Source of the DNA: a bacterium
GTDB lineage: Bacteria; Bdellovibrionota; FAC87; UBA2466
Reading direction: 5' to 3'
DNA length: 64,000 nucleotides
Assembly (NCBI GenBank): GCA_009927045.1
Contig: RFNT01000062.1
Location: forward strand, 3,971-67,970
Notes under the pieces: generated by a model
Told to the model about the DNA's origin: nothing
Databases searched by the model: none
What the model saw: only the letters and a program-made list of their open reading frames with translations
In this document: positions 1 to 9,275 of the stretch, piece by piece
How positions within the stretch are numbered: the first letter of the stretch is position 1
Layout of the letters: the number at the start of each line of letters is the position of its first letter
Program-made: the position numbers and the translations under genes

Positions 1-621
1 TTTAAACGTGGCTATGGAATCACACGGCTCATTGCTGGCACAAACTTCAATAAAATACCGGATACTTGTGAAGCTTCTGTAGTGCGCGAGCAAAATGAAA
101 CCACACAGATTATTTTTAAATTCGTTCAGTTTCTCGATGAACTGAAACGAGAGTTTAAGGCCCGAAAAGATCCCAGATTCTCACCTAGCTTCACCTGCCT
201 GAGTTTGAATCAAGCCAAAACCCATGACGACAGCATTGAGTTCATCTTCGACGTACGGACATTACCTGAAGTCAATCATGAACGTCTGGAAAAGAAACTT
301 CGGGATGGGATCCGACAGTTAGGTGGCAAAGTCAAAGAGGTTACTTCGGATGCCTCGTTGAAGGGTCAAAAAAACAGTCGCTTCATCGTGACAGCGACTC
401 AGGCCTTGAAGGAATGTGGAATAAAACCAATTTTAAAAACGAAGGCGACTTCCACTGAAGCAGCTATTTATCAGGCTCATGGAGCCAGCGCTGTTGTTTT
501 TGGTCCTGGAATCAGTGTAGGAAATGCTCATCGCCCGAATGAATACAACTCTATCAAACAAATGGAAGTTGCAACCCGCTTCTACAGTCAACTTTTAAAG
601 ACCCCGGTGCAAACGGCATGA
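1..621 (+). CDS. M20 family metallopeptidase (ArgE/DapE-like acetylornithine deacetylase family); 5' end outside the window, and the reading frame is open from nt 1
   Basis: The C-terminal region 'QAHGASAVVFGPGISVGNAHRPNEY' is typical of the ArgE/DapE M20 family. The frame is open back to position 1 and the listed GTG at 82 is internal. Confidence 0.6.
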   Translation, partial: FKRGYGITRLIAGTNFNKIPDTCEASVVREQNETTQIIFKFVQFLDELKREFKARKDPRFSPSFTCLSLNQAKTHDDSIEFIFDVRTLPEVNHERLEKKLRDGIRQLGGKVKEVTSDASLKGQKNSRFIVTATQALKECGIKPILKTKATSTEAAIYQAHGASAVVFGPGISVGNAHRPNEYNSIKQMEVATRFYSQLLKTPVQTA

Positions 622-1652
622 TGGAGTTTGATTTTCTCATTCGAAGTGTTCGTGAACAGGATCTGGATGAGCTGGAACGATTGAGTGAGTTAGTTTATTT
701 TATTAACCTGCCCAATAATCGCGACCTGCTCAAAGACAAGATAAAGAAGTCTGTGGACTCATTCCAGGGCAACATTGAAGACAAATTTGAACGCGAGTAC
801 ATTTTCGTCATTGAGGACTTAAACACTTCTCGAGTGATTGGCACCTCCATGATCATTGCCCGACATGGCAGCCCTGAGAGCCCACACATGTACTTTGAAC
901 TCAAAGAGAAACAGAAGTACAGCGAGACAATCCATGCTGGTTTTATTCACAAAGTCTTGAGCCTTAAGTTTGATTCGGATGGCCCAACAGAAATTGGAGG
1001 CTTAGTCATCGATCCCAGTTACCGAGGTCATAAGTTAAAGTTGGGACGGTTATTATCATTTTGTCGCTTCTCCTTCATAAAAATGAAGCGCCGTTGGTTC
1101 AAAGATCGTATTTTATCTGAGCTGATGCCGCCACTCTCAGAAAGTGGGGAAAGCCTTTTGTGGGAAGCTCTGGGGCGCCGTTTTACGAATCTTTCCTATC
1201 AAGATGCCGACTTGCTTTCGAGAAAAAACAAGGAATTCATCACTTCATTATTTCCTAAAGGTGATATCTACACAGTGCTTTTATCCGGAGAGGCTCGAGA
1301 TGCGATCGGTAAAGTGGGTCCTGATACTGAACCCGTGAAACACATGCTAGAAAAAATAGGATTCAAGTGGCGAGAACACATCGACCCCTTCGATGGTGGG
1401 CCTCACTATTGGGCAGACACCGATAGAATTTCGCTCGTGAGCCAAACCAAGAAGTACCATGTGCATCGAGACCTACTCAAAAGCAGATCCCCAGAAAGAG
1501 CCCTGGTGAGCGTTTTCAGAAATGGGGAGTATCGCTGCATGCAAAGTCCCTTCGAACTTTTTCGAGGAAAAGTACTGTTACCCAAGTCTGTTGCGGATTT
1601 GCTAGAATTGGGAGCAAGCGATGATATTTACCTACTTCCCTTAGAAACTTAA
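618..1652 (+). CDS. astA: Arginine N-succinyltransferase (AstA/AruF family)
   Basis: The 344-aa product aligns along its whole length with E. coli AstA (FLIRSVRE.., YIFVIEDLNTSRVIG, IDPFDGGP) and has the same length. It overlaps the upstream stop by 4 nt (ATGA). Confidence 0.8.
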   Translation: MMEFDFLIRSVREQDLDELERLSELVYFINLPNNRDLLKDKIKKSVDSFQGNIEDKFEREYIFVIEDLNTSRVIGTSMIIARHGSPESPHMYFELKEKQKYSETIHAGFIHKVLSLKFDSDGPTEIGGLVIDPSYRGHKLKLGRLLSFCRFSFIKMKRRWFKDRILSELMPPLSESGESLLWEALGRRFTNLSYQDADLLSRKNKEFITSLFPKGDIYTVLLSGEARDAIGKVGPDTEPVKHMLEKIGFKWREHIDPFDGGPHYWADTDRISLVSQTKKYHVHRDLLKSRSPERALVSVFRNGEYRCMQSPFELFRGKVLLPKSVADLLELGASDDIYLLPLET

Positions 1653-1662
1653 TGCTAGGAAC

Positions 1663-3192
1663 ATGACACCTATGATGGAAAGAAAATATTTAGGAAGTTA
1701 CTTGGGGGGTCATTTTGTCCCGGTCACGGACCCTCATGGAGTTCTTTTTAGTCTCAATCCCGGCAACCTGGATGAAAAACCGGTGGAGTTTCCATTCAGC
1801 AATCCACATGTGGATGCGGCAGTACAACATGCTCGGCGTGGTTTTAAAATTTGGAAACGTATCTCTGTTCAGGAAAGATTTTCAGCTCTAAAGAAATATC
1901 GGGAAGTGCTTGCGCAAAAGAGGGAGTTTCTGGCTTTTTGTGACAGTTTTGAAATTGGCAAACCTCTTTGGGAATCTCGGCAGGAGGTAACTGATTGTTT
2001 GGCCTTGATTGATCATTTCCTTCAAACAGGAAGCCACACTAGCCTTGAAACCACAGTCTCTGAAGCCAAAGCTGGAATTGATGGAAAAATTCGTTACTTT
2101 CCTATCGGCGTTATTGCCGTAGTTTCACAATCGGTTTTGCCGCTAGTTTCGTCCCACAGCTTGTTCATTCCAGCTTTATTGAATGGCAATAGTGTGATCT
2201 TGAAAACATCAAAACATGCCCCGGCTCTAGGCCAAGCGATTGCCCAATGTATCCACGAAGCTGGTTTGCCCGCAGGATGCTTTAATTTTATTCAGGGGCC
2301 CGGAGATATCAGTCGGAGGCTTACAGGACACTCAGAAGTTGATGGAGTTCTTTTTACCGGCACTCCAGAAACCAGTGTAGCCATTAAAAAACAACTTCTG
2401 AATGATTATTGGAAGCTTCAAGTCATTCAAAGTGGCGGCAAAAATGCCTCTGTGGTTTGGAATGATTGCCATTACGAAAGCACACTTAAAAGCCTGTTGC
2501 TCTCTGCGCTTTCTACTTCTGGGCAACGTTATTCCACAACCAGTCGAATCTTAGTTCACAAAGACCTTTACCCCCGCCTTCTCGCTGATTTTCACCAAAT
2601 GTTTAAGAAATGTCCCATCGGAGATGCTTTAAATGAGAAGTCTCCGAATTTCATGGGACCATTGGTGTGCGAAAAGTCCGTAGATGATTACTTACGTTAC
2701 CAAGGAATAGCCGTTCGCGAGGGTTGTGAAGAAGTGATGCGAGGAAAGCCGCTTGAGCGAAGTCCGAGAGGCTACTACGTCTCGCCGTCCATTTATGCTG
2801 TCCCTCAGGCGGATCCTAAAAGCGTCTATCAAACAGCCGAGTTCTTTGGCCCCCAAGTGGCTTTTTATTCAGTCGCAGATCTTGATGAGGCCATTGAGAT
2901 CACCAATCAAACCCAATTTGGGCTGGTAGCCAGTTTTTATTCGGCTTCCGCAAGTTCTTACGAACACTTTTCGAGTGAAGCTAAAGTGGGGATTTGCCAT
3001 TGGAATGTGCCTACTACGCTCTCGAGTTATAAGTTGCCCCTAGGAGGATTACTCAAAAGTGGCAATCTCCGTCCTATGGGGAGCTTCTCGAGTTACCAGT
3101 GCACTTACCCCATGAGCAGTTTGGTGCTTCCCGTGAGTTCTGAATCCTCCGGCTTAGTATTTCCGGAAAGTTTAACCAACTGGGTGGGATAA
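1663..3192 (+). CDS. astD: Aldehyde dehydrogenase superfamily protein, AstD-like (succinylglutamate-semialdehyde dehydrogenase homolog), with catalytic Glu and Cys substituted
   Basis: It has the ALDH fold motifs (FTGTPETSVAIK NAD-binding; C-terminal ..GNLRPMGSFSSYQCTYPMSSL aligns to the AstD tail). The catalytic positions read 'VIQSGGK' (Glu->Gln) and 'GQRYSTTSR' (Cys->Tyr). Confidence 0.7.
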   Translation: MTPMMERKYLGSYLGGHFVPVTDPHGVLFSLNPGNLDEKPVEFPFSNPHVDAAVQHARRGFKIWKRISVQERFSALKKYREVLAQKREFLAFCDSFEIGKPLWESRQEVTDCLALIDHFLQTGSHTSLETTVSEAKAGIDGKIRYFPIGVIAVVSQSVLPLVSSHSLFIPALLNGNSVILKTSKHAPALGQAIAQCIHEAGLPAGCFNFIQGPGDISRRLTGHSEVDGVLFTGTPETSVAIKKQLLNDYWKLQVIQSGGKNASVVWNDCHYESTLKSLLLSALSTSGQRYSTTSRILVHKDLYPRLLADFHQMFKKCPIGDALNEKSPNFMGPLVCEKSVDDYLRYQGIAVREGCEEVMRGKPLERSPRGYYVSPSIYAVPQADPKSVYQTAEFFGPQVAFYSVADLDEAIEITNQTQFGLVASFYSASASSYEHFSSEAKVGICHWNVPTTLSSYKLPLGGLLKSGNLRPMGSFSSYQCTYPMSSLVLPVSSESSGLVFPESLTNWVG

Positions 3193-3650
3193 TGGAGAGA
3201 ACTCGTATTCTTGCTTTAGATATCGGTTCTAAAAGAACTGGAGTGGCACTTTCAGATGAGACACGCTTGATAGCAAGCCCGCTCGTTACCATAGAGGCCT
3301 CCCAGTTCAAACCTTGGCTCGCAAAAATACAGGAACTCATTGAGACCCATGAGGTGGGTGAAGTCGTGGTTGGACTTCCTCTGAATCAAGATGGAGAGGA
3401 AGGACAAGATGCACTCAATATTCGAAAATATATTGCAGCGTTACAGGAAGCACTCACCATCCCCGTGATAGAATGGGATGAAAGATTTTCAACTGTACAA
3501 GCTGAACGCACTCTCATTGAGGCAGACGTTTCTAGAAAGAACAGGAAAAAAGTCATTGATCAGCTAGCAGCCTGTATTATCCTTCAGAATTACTTAGATA
3601 GATTGCGCTTCAACCAAAATACGGAATTACCTGCGTGGGACAACGAATAA
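3192..3650 (+). CDS. ruvX: Putative pre-16S rRNA nuclease / Holliday-junction-resolvase-like YqgF (RuvX)
   Basis: N-terminal 'ILALDIGSKRTGVALSD' is the YqgF/RuvX signature; 152 aa. Confidence 0.85.
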   Translation: MERTRILALDIGSKRTGVALSDETRLIASPLVTIEASQFKPWLAKIQELIETHEVGEVVVGLPLNQDGEEGQDALNIRKYIAALQEALTIPVIEWDERFSTVQAERTLIEADVSRKNRKKVIDQLAACIILQNYLDRLRFNQNTELPAWDNE

Positions 3651-4654
3651 ATTCAACAGGATCAGTCAAGAACGTCCTTTTAGGATTGATTGGGGTTGGT
3701 GCACTTGCCACTCTCGCCCTTTTATTTATGCTGCTCAATGGACATCCTTCCGGAAAAACGAAAGATGTTCTCATTTCTAGGGGTTTATCTCTTAGAGCAG
3801 TTTCTGAGGTTCTTCACCAAGAGGGCTTGGTTAGCCGGCCACGCTTGTTCAGTATTTTGTTACGAGTCACTCAAGGAAACAAACGAGTTCGTGCAGGGGA
3901 ATTTAGATTCCAGATGGGTGCAAATTTGATGAATCATTTGCGCGTACTCTACAATTCAGATCCCATCACTTACGGAATTACAGTTCCGGAGGGTTGGAAT
4001 GTTCGACAAATAGCAAGTTTGCTAGCTGAAAAACAATTAGGAGATGCCCAAAAGTTTGTTCAAATTGCGCTGGATCCTGCTTCGGCAAAAAAACTCAAAT
4101 TGAACACCCCCCACTTAGAAGGCTTTTTGTACCCAGACACCTACTTTTTTTCTCGCATCGATGGTGAACAAAAAATATTAGATGCGATGGTGGGTCGTTT
4201 TTTTCAGGAGTATAACTCTCGATTCAAAGACTCCATTCAAGCCAGTGGTATGAGTCTAGAAAAAGTTGTGACGTTGGCTTCAATTGTAGAAAAGGAAACA
4301 GGTCAACCCAGCGAGCGTCCCTTAATTGCTTCTGTGTTTTTCAACCGATTAAAAAAGGGAATGCGGCTACAAAGCGATCCGACAACTATTTATGGCATCA
4401 ACAACTTTAATGGCAACATCACCAAAGAGGATTTAAGAAAGTTCACCCCTTACAACACCTATGTGATTTCGGGATTGCCCCCGGGTCCAATCGCTAGTCC
4501 GGGTGGAGCTGCTATCGAAGCGGTCTTAAAACCCGAGACGAGTGACTATTTGTATTTTGTGAGTAACAATAACGGAACACATTTCTTTTCCAAAACCTAC
4601 AAAGATCATTTGAAGTTTGTAAAAGAGTATCAAATGAATCGACGAAAAAAGTAA
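3635..4654 (+). CDS. mltG: Endolytic murein transglycosylase MltG (YceG family)
   Basis: N-terminal TM helix and YceG-like domain with the conserved 'GLPPGPIASPG' motif. Confidence 0.85.
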   Translation: MGQRINSTGSVKNVLLGLIGVGALATLALLFMLLNGHPSGKTKDVLISRGLSLRAVSEVLHQEGLVSRPRLFSILLRVTQGNKRVRAGEFRFQMGANLMNHLRVLYNSDPITYGITVPEGWNVRQIASLLAEKQLGDAQKFVQIALDPASAKKLKLNTPHLEGFLYPDTYFFSRIDGEQKILDAMVGRFFQEYNSRFKDSIQASGMSLEKVVTLASIVEKETGQPSERPLIASVFFNRLKKGMRLQSDPTTIYGINNFNGNITKEDLRKFTPYNTYVISGLPPGPIASPGGAAIEAVLKPETSDYLYFVSNNNGTHFFSKTYKDHLKFVKEYQMNRRKK

Positions 4655-4709
4655 AGGCCCCTATGACTCAATCAACCGCCCAAAAAATGATTCTGATTTT
4701 TCAGTAACT

Positions 4710-5142
4710 ATGACTGAGTTAGTGCTTCCTCAACACACCAATGCTTTGGGGCTATTTTTGGCGGAGTCGTGATGGGATGGATTGATATTGCTGGGCCATA
4801 GCCGCTATGCGATTTGCCCGGAGACCGGTAGTTACGGTCAGCATTGACTCACTCCATTTTATTGTTCCGATCAAAACAGGAAACACGGTGCTCACTCGGG
4901 CGCGAGTGACCTACTCCGGGAAAACATCCATTGAGGTAGAAGTCGTGGTCGAAGCTGAGAACAGCGTGACGGGAGTTACTAAGCGCGCCACTCATGCTTT
5001 CCTCACTTACGTGGCAGTGGATGATAATGGAGATCCGACTCCAGTTCCCCCGTTCAATCCCAAAAATGAAGAAGAAAAGAAACGCTATGCGGAAGCCGGA
5101 GCTCGGCGAAAAGCACGGTTAGCTCAAGCCCGTTCTGACTGA
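4710..5142 (+). pseudogene. Acyl-CoA thioester hydrolase (YciA-like hotdog fold) interrupted by two -1 frameshifts at G-runs
   Basis: 'MTELVLPQHTNALG' (frame 0, from 4710), 'IFGGVVMGWIDIAG' (frame 2) and 'AIAAMRFARRPVVTV...' (frame 1, listed ORF 4807..5142) together rebuild a YciA-like N-terminus. The breaks fall at GGGG/GGG runs around 4749-4751 and 4793-4797. Confidence 0.55.
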
Positions 5143-5206
5143 TTGCCCAGTCCTTGGATAAAACTGACAATTTCGGCGAGTGAATTTGCCGCAGTAAAGA
5201 CTTCTC

Positions 5207-5521
5207 TCACCCAAGTTTTTTGAGAGCTGAGACATCGGTTTGTGGAATGACCCCACCTCCCAGCACTTGAATATCATCTGCTTTTCGGTCCTTCAGGAGC
5301 TGCAGGATCTCAGGAAATACTCGCTGATGGGCTCCCGATAAAATACTCACGCAAATGACCTTCACATCTTCTTGAATAGCAGAATTCACAATCATCTGAG
5401 GAGTTTGATGAAGGCCCGTATAAATGACTTCCATCCCAGCGTCTCGAAGCGCATGGGCCAGCACTTTAGCACCGCGATCATGACCATCGAGTCCTGGTTT
5501 GGCTACTAAAACACGAATCAT
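5207..5521 (-). CDS. Cobalamin (B12)-binding domain protein, methylmalonyl-CoA-mutase C-terminal-domain type, stand-alone
   Basis: '[20 protein letters not shown]' is the canonical MCM B12-binding start. The upstream ORF's stop overlaps this ATG as TGATG, so I chose the internal Met (5521) over the listed 5566 start. Confidence 0.75.
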   Translation of the reverse strand: MIRVLVAKPGLDGHDRGAKVLAHALRDAGMEVIYTGLHQTPQMIVNSAIQEDVKVICVSILSGAHQRVFPEILQLLKDRKADDIQVLGGGVIPQTDVSALKKLG

Positions 5522-6138
5522 CAGTGCTCCGTTTGCCCCTGCTTCCACTTTTTTGGAAAAATACAAACGACTTGCTTCTTGATTTCTACAAAGTCTCGAA
5601 TGTGCTGATGGATAGCTTTGACATTTTCTTCAGTAGCCGGAGCAGCTGCCAGTTCCAAAAACTTTACAGCAAACTTGTAATTCTCGGCCATGACTTTTCG
5701 AGTGAAACTCCGCCATGGCAACGTAGGATATTTGGTGATTCGTTGATCCGTAGTTGCTGTCAGCCATTCCTTTGCCCACTTTAACTCTATCTTAGCTTCA
5801 TTTTTTAAAATTTCCTGAAACTCTTGAGGAATCCAATCTCCACAAAGCTCTAAGAAATTATGCAACGTGAGTTGATCCCAGTCCCGGAGTACTCCAAAGA
5901 CATAAAGGATTTCATCGTCCTCCAAAGGGTGTTCTTCTTTTCGGAGAGCCAATAAGGCAGACACATTAGCAGACCTCAAAGTGCAGATCGCTGTTTGAAT
6001 CTGGTCCCAATGGGCCAGCGACCCTTGAATGCCCACCAAGGGTGCTTGGGTTTCTTCCAACTTGGAAATCTCCTGCCCTAACTCCCCTTCGCTCATGACT
6101 GCATCTACATTTAACTCAGGTAACCCTTCAATAAACAT
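5521..6138 (-). CDS. Hypothetical helical protein, translationally coupled to the B12-binding domain gene
   Basis: Strong SD 'AAGAGGGGG' 4-5 nt upstream of the Met at 6138 (MFIEGLPEL...). Its stop overlaps the B12-domain start codon. No family recognised. Confidence 0.5.
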   Translation of the reverse strand: MFIEGLPELNVDAVMSEGELGQEISKLEETQAPLVGIQGSLAHWDQIQTAICTLRSANVSALLALRKEEHPLEDDEILYVFGVLRDWDQLTLHNFLELCGDWIPQEFQEILKNEAKIELKWAKEWLTATTDQRITKYPTLPWRSFTRKVMAENYKFAVKFLELAAAPATEENVKAIHQHIRDFVEIKKQVVCIFPKKWKQGQTEH

Positions 6139-7054
6139 AGACCCCCCTCTTGGTTTTTCTACCGTTCCAACCGGCCTCCACATACTTCCGCAGTAAAGGA
6201 GCTGGTCGGTATTTTGAATCGCCCAAATCTCGATGGAGCACTTCCATCACAAATAAACAGACATCCAGTCCTACAAAATCAGCTAACTCAAGAGGACCCA
6301 TGGGAAAATTACACCCCAGTTTCATGGCTGTATCGATGTCCTTAGGTGAAGCTAGGTTTTCCTGCAATGCAAAAAATGCTTCGTTGATCATGGGCATTAA
6401 AATACGATTCACTGCAAATCCAGGAGCATCTTTGGCTTCGATGAACACTTTTCCCATCTTTTCAGCCACACTCCGTACTATCTGAAAACACTCATCACTG
6501 GTCGCAAGACCCCGAATGCCCTCTACAAGCGTCATGATGGGGACAGGATTCATAAAGTGCATCCCTGCAACCCATTCCGGGCGCCGGGTATGACTAGCAA
6601 CTTCAGTAATAGAAATAGAGGAAGTATTGGTTGCTAAAATCACCCCCGGGTCTAAGAGTTGATCGAGATCCGAGAAGAGCTTGAATTTGACTTCCCGATT
6701 TTCAGTAGCGGCTTCAATAATAAACTGGCACGGCTTTAAATCAGATAACTGGGAGGTGGTTTTTAAGCGACGTAAAATCCCTTCAGGAGACTCCTGCAGC
6801 TTTCCCTTCTCCGCCAGCTTGGACAAACTTTTTGAAATCGCCTGAACAGCTTTTTCTAACTGAAGGGAAGAGATATCGAAAAGAACGACGTCGTAGCCCG
6901 AAGCCGCAGCCACTTGAGCAATCCCATTGCCCATAGTTCCTGAGCCAATAACGCCTAAACGTTGGATGGGCCGAGCTTTGATGTCTGACACGATGTAGCA
7001 ACCTCCGACGGCTTGATCAGAGGGTAAAGTACCAATGGGAGAGAAGGTCGTCAA
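6128..7054 (-). CDS. hbd: 3-hydroxybutyryl-CoA / 3-hydroxyacyl-CoA dehydrogenase
   Basis: '[16 protein letters not shown]' Rossmann motif and a C-terminal 3HCDH domain; 308 aa, typical for Hbd. Confidence 0.85.
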   Translation of the reverse strand: MTTFSPIGTLPSDQAVGGCYIVSDIKARPIQRLGVIGSGTMGNGIAQVAAASGYDVVLFDISSLQLEKAVQAISKSLSKLAEKGKLQESPEGILRRLKTTSQLSDLKPCQFIIEAATENREVKFKLFSDLDQLLDPGVILATNTSSISITEVASHTRRPEWVAGMHFMNPVPIMTLVEGIRGLATSDECFQIVRSVAEKMGKVFIEAKDAPGFAVNRILMPMINEAFFALQENLASPKDIDTAMKLGCNFPMGPLELADFVGLDVCLFVMEVLHRDLGDSKYRPAPLLRKYVEAGWNGRKTKRGVYVY

Positions 7055-7133
7055 ACGGAGGCCTTAAAAGAATTCGGCCCAGAAAAGCCGATGCTTTTCC
7101 GGGCCAAAAATTCTTAAGATTCAACGGTTGTTA

Positions 7134-8600
7134 CTATCTACGAATGAAATGATTGGGAGCGCCTGGAACAGCTCCAATCGCCGTGTTCGAATTTCGAGGA
7201 GCCCCTCGGAACGTAGAAGCGTTGTTATTTCCTGCTGCATTCGCTCCAGGAGTATTTTGTACTCGCTGGCGTAAGCTATCTCGAATGCGACTTGCAGTAT
7301 CACAGCCTTCCATTAATGGCTGGAGTGAAGGTCCAAGTTGAGCTTGCATATTTCTAACGGAGTCCATCACAGCAACTGCTTCCACCAACATCTTCGCTGG
7401 GTTTTTTGTGCTGCGTACTGCTTGCAAGCGATTCGGGAGATCCGTGTTGAAGAACCCACCAATCGTACCTTGTAGATTTGCAGAAACATCTGGGCATGAA
7501 GTGTTGTAATCTCCGCGGAAAAAGCCCATGCTGTTAGCACGTCGCTCTTGCGCTTGAGCATCTAGAGCAGCCACTCGGCTTCCTACGATAGGCACTAAAT
7601 AGTTTCTTGCTGTATCAATTTCTTGGAAAATCCCGTCTGTCTCTTGTGTACAGTTCTGCAATAACTGAGCAGTAGATTGCTGGGCAACCATCATCATGAA
7701 TTGTTGTTGCTGTTCAATACCGCGAGCAAACTCATCACCTAATTGTTGTACTCGGCTGTCGTTATCACGGATTTGAAACAACTGCTCTGTAAATGCTTGG
7801 AACTTACCAACCAAATCCGACTCAATTTGCTTGAATTGTGACTTGGCTTCCGGATTTTTTTGCTTTTTCAACTTGCTCAAGCGAGATTCAATGGCTTGAA
7901 GACTGTCTAATTTCTCCAGTTCTTCGGGCTTGGTCGCTTCAGCATCCAGTTCTTCGTTCTTGGCATTGAGTTCTTTCAAGTTAGAAATGAGGTCCAAAAT
8001 CTTTTTGCGTTCAAGAGTCTTGGCTTCTTCAGACTTCTCTTCTAATAAAGTTTGGGCTTTTCTTCGTAAATAATCGACTTTGTCTGTACCAAATGTTTGC
8101 GCCATTTGAAGTAGCGGGGAAAAATCCACACCATTCTGACAAGAGTTTGCTAAGGAACTCACATCAAAATCTGCAGGGTTGATCATAGCTGGGCTTGAGT
8201 TGAGTTGACTTGCCAATTGTTGAGCTTTGTCTAACTTCAAGCTGCGTTCTGAAACGGCTTTTTTAATAAAACCATCCATAGCGGGGCCAATGGCATGCGC
8301 CTTTTTGATTTTTTTATGCCAGTTCTGCAGCTTTTGCTCTTCCTCAAACAATTCTTTTTTTGCTCCGCTCAATTCCAATGCCTGAGCGACTTTAGCCACT
8401 TGACTAGAAACTTCAGAAGTTAAACCGGCCTCTGTAGTAGTCGGGTTAGCACCTTTCAAAGCAGCGCTCACCCGAGGCAAATCTTTATTAAAACTTGCGC
8501 TATACTCATCGTAGCTTTCAGCTGATCCAATCACTGGAAAAGCACTCACCACACCTAAGGCTACGACAAAAAATGATTTACGAACCGCTAGCTTTTTCAT
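7134..8600 (-). CDS. Hypothetical secreted coiled-coil protein
   Basis: Signal peptide 'MKKLAVRKSFFVVALGVVSAFPVIGSA' with GGAG 7 nt upstream of this Met. A long Glu/Lys/Gln-rich helical region follows. No homolog recognised. Confidence 0.5.
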   Translation of the reverse strand: MKKLAVRKSFFVVALGVVSAFPVIGSAESYDEYSASFNKDLPRVSAALKGANPTTTEAGLTSEVSSQVAKVAQALELSGAKKELFEEEQKLQNWHKKIKKAHAIGPAMDGFIKKAVSERSLKLDKAQQLASQLNSSPAMINPADFDVSSLANSCQNGVDFSPLLQMAQTFGTDKVDYLRRKAQTLLEEKSEEAKTLERKKILDLISNLKELNAKNEELDAEATKPEELEKLDSLQAIESRLSKLKKQKNPEAKSQFKQIESDLVGKFQAFTEQLFQIRDNDSRVQQLGDEFARGIEQQQQFMMMVAQQSTAQLLQNCTQETDGIFQEIDTARNYLVPIVGSRVAALDAQAQERRANSMGFFRGDYNTSCPDVSANLQGTIGGFFNTDLPNRLQAVRSTKNPAKMLVEAVAVMDSVRNMQAQLGPSLQPLMEGCDTASRIRDSLRQRVQNTPGANAAGNNNASTFRGAPRNSNTAIGAVPGAPNHFIRR

Positions 8601-9189
8601 CAGACGACTCCGCGAAAACAACATTCCACTCTCAACTTATTCAAGAGCTCATACACTCTTCAGGCTTGGGGGGTTGACCCCAAGAGTACAGAGTACAGCT
8701 CTCAACCCAGAGAGCGGCTCAGAGGCCTGATGTGCAAGCAGTCTGCCAAAAACGCCCAAACCGCTTTCATGCTCAAACTCAGACGAGAATTTTCCCCTTC
8801 ATGACAAAAAGGGCTCACCAAAAACTTGTTTTAGCGAGTAGTTTCAAGCATTTAAAATTCGACTAACTTTTTGATAGCCCGTAGACCTATTAGACACCTC
8901 AGAAAAATGGGCTTGTAGGCTTTTTAAGAGACAATCTGGGGTACGCACCTGATCACAGTTCATACAGGTGCTGAAAGCTTCTTCAAGGTCACTAACCTTC
9001 AAAACTTTGGGTTTTTTTAGTTCCCCTGTTAGGAGAATGGCAGAACCCAGTGACGGCGCCGACGAGAACCCTATTTCTTAGGATTATGAAAAAGAGCTAA
9101 CTCCTCAAAACAACGAATGAACTCTCTCGGTGTCAGAGTTGGCCGGCTTCTTGCTGTATTCTAAGAGTAGACGTTACATAAAACACAGC

Positions 9190-9245
9190 TTGAATTAGCA
9201 GCTTTGAAAACAACTTGATTCAGCAACTTGAAAACAGCTTGAGAT
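9190..9245 (+). promoter_or_regulatory. Tandem direct repeats TTGAAAACA(A/G)CTTGA upstream of the small secreted-peptide gene
   Basis: 'gctTTGAAAACAACTTGAttcagcaaCTTGAAAACAGCTTGAg' gives two near-identical 15-mers about 22 bp apart, with a third partial copy 'cagcttgaatt' upstream. Confidence 0.35.
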
Positions 9246-9275
9246 GACACCATGAAATTCATCGGAGAACACAAC

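Noticed and set aside
695-3340. Minus-strand ORFs 695..904, 2332..2526 and 3074..3340, and plus-strand ORF 1144..1338
   Set aside because: They are embedded in the confidently identified astA / astD-like coding regions on the plus strand and have no motifs.
5195-5235. Inverted repeat CTCTCA-N12-TGAGAG between the convergent thioesterase and B12-domain genes
   Set aside because: It lies inside the 3' end of the B12-domain coding sequence, has only a 6-bp AT-containing stem, and has no flanking U-run on either strand.
5207-5566. Possible fusion of the 220-aa ORF and the B12-binding ORF through an A6 run (46-nt out-of-frame overlap)
   Set aside because: The stop of the upstream ORF overlaps an internal Met of the downstream ORF as TGATG, giving the canonical '[10 protein letters not shown]' B12-domain start. 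Translational coupling explains the arrangement without invoking a frameshift.
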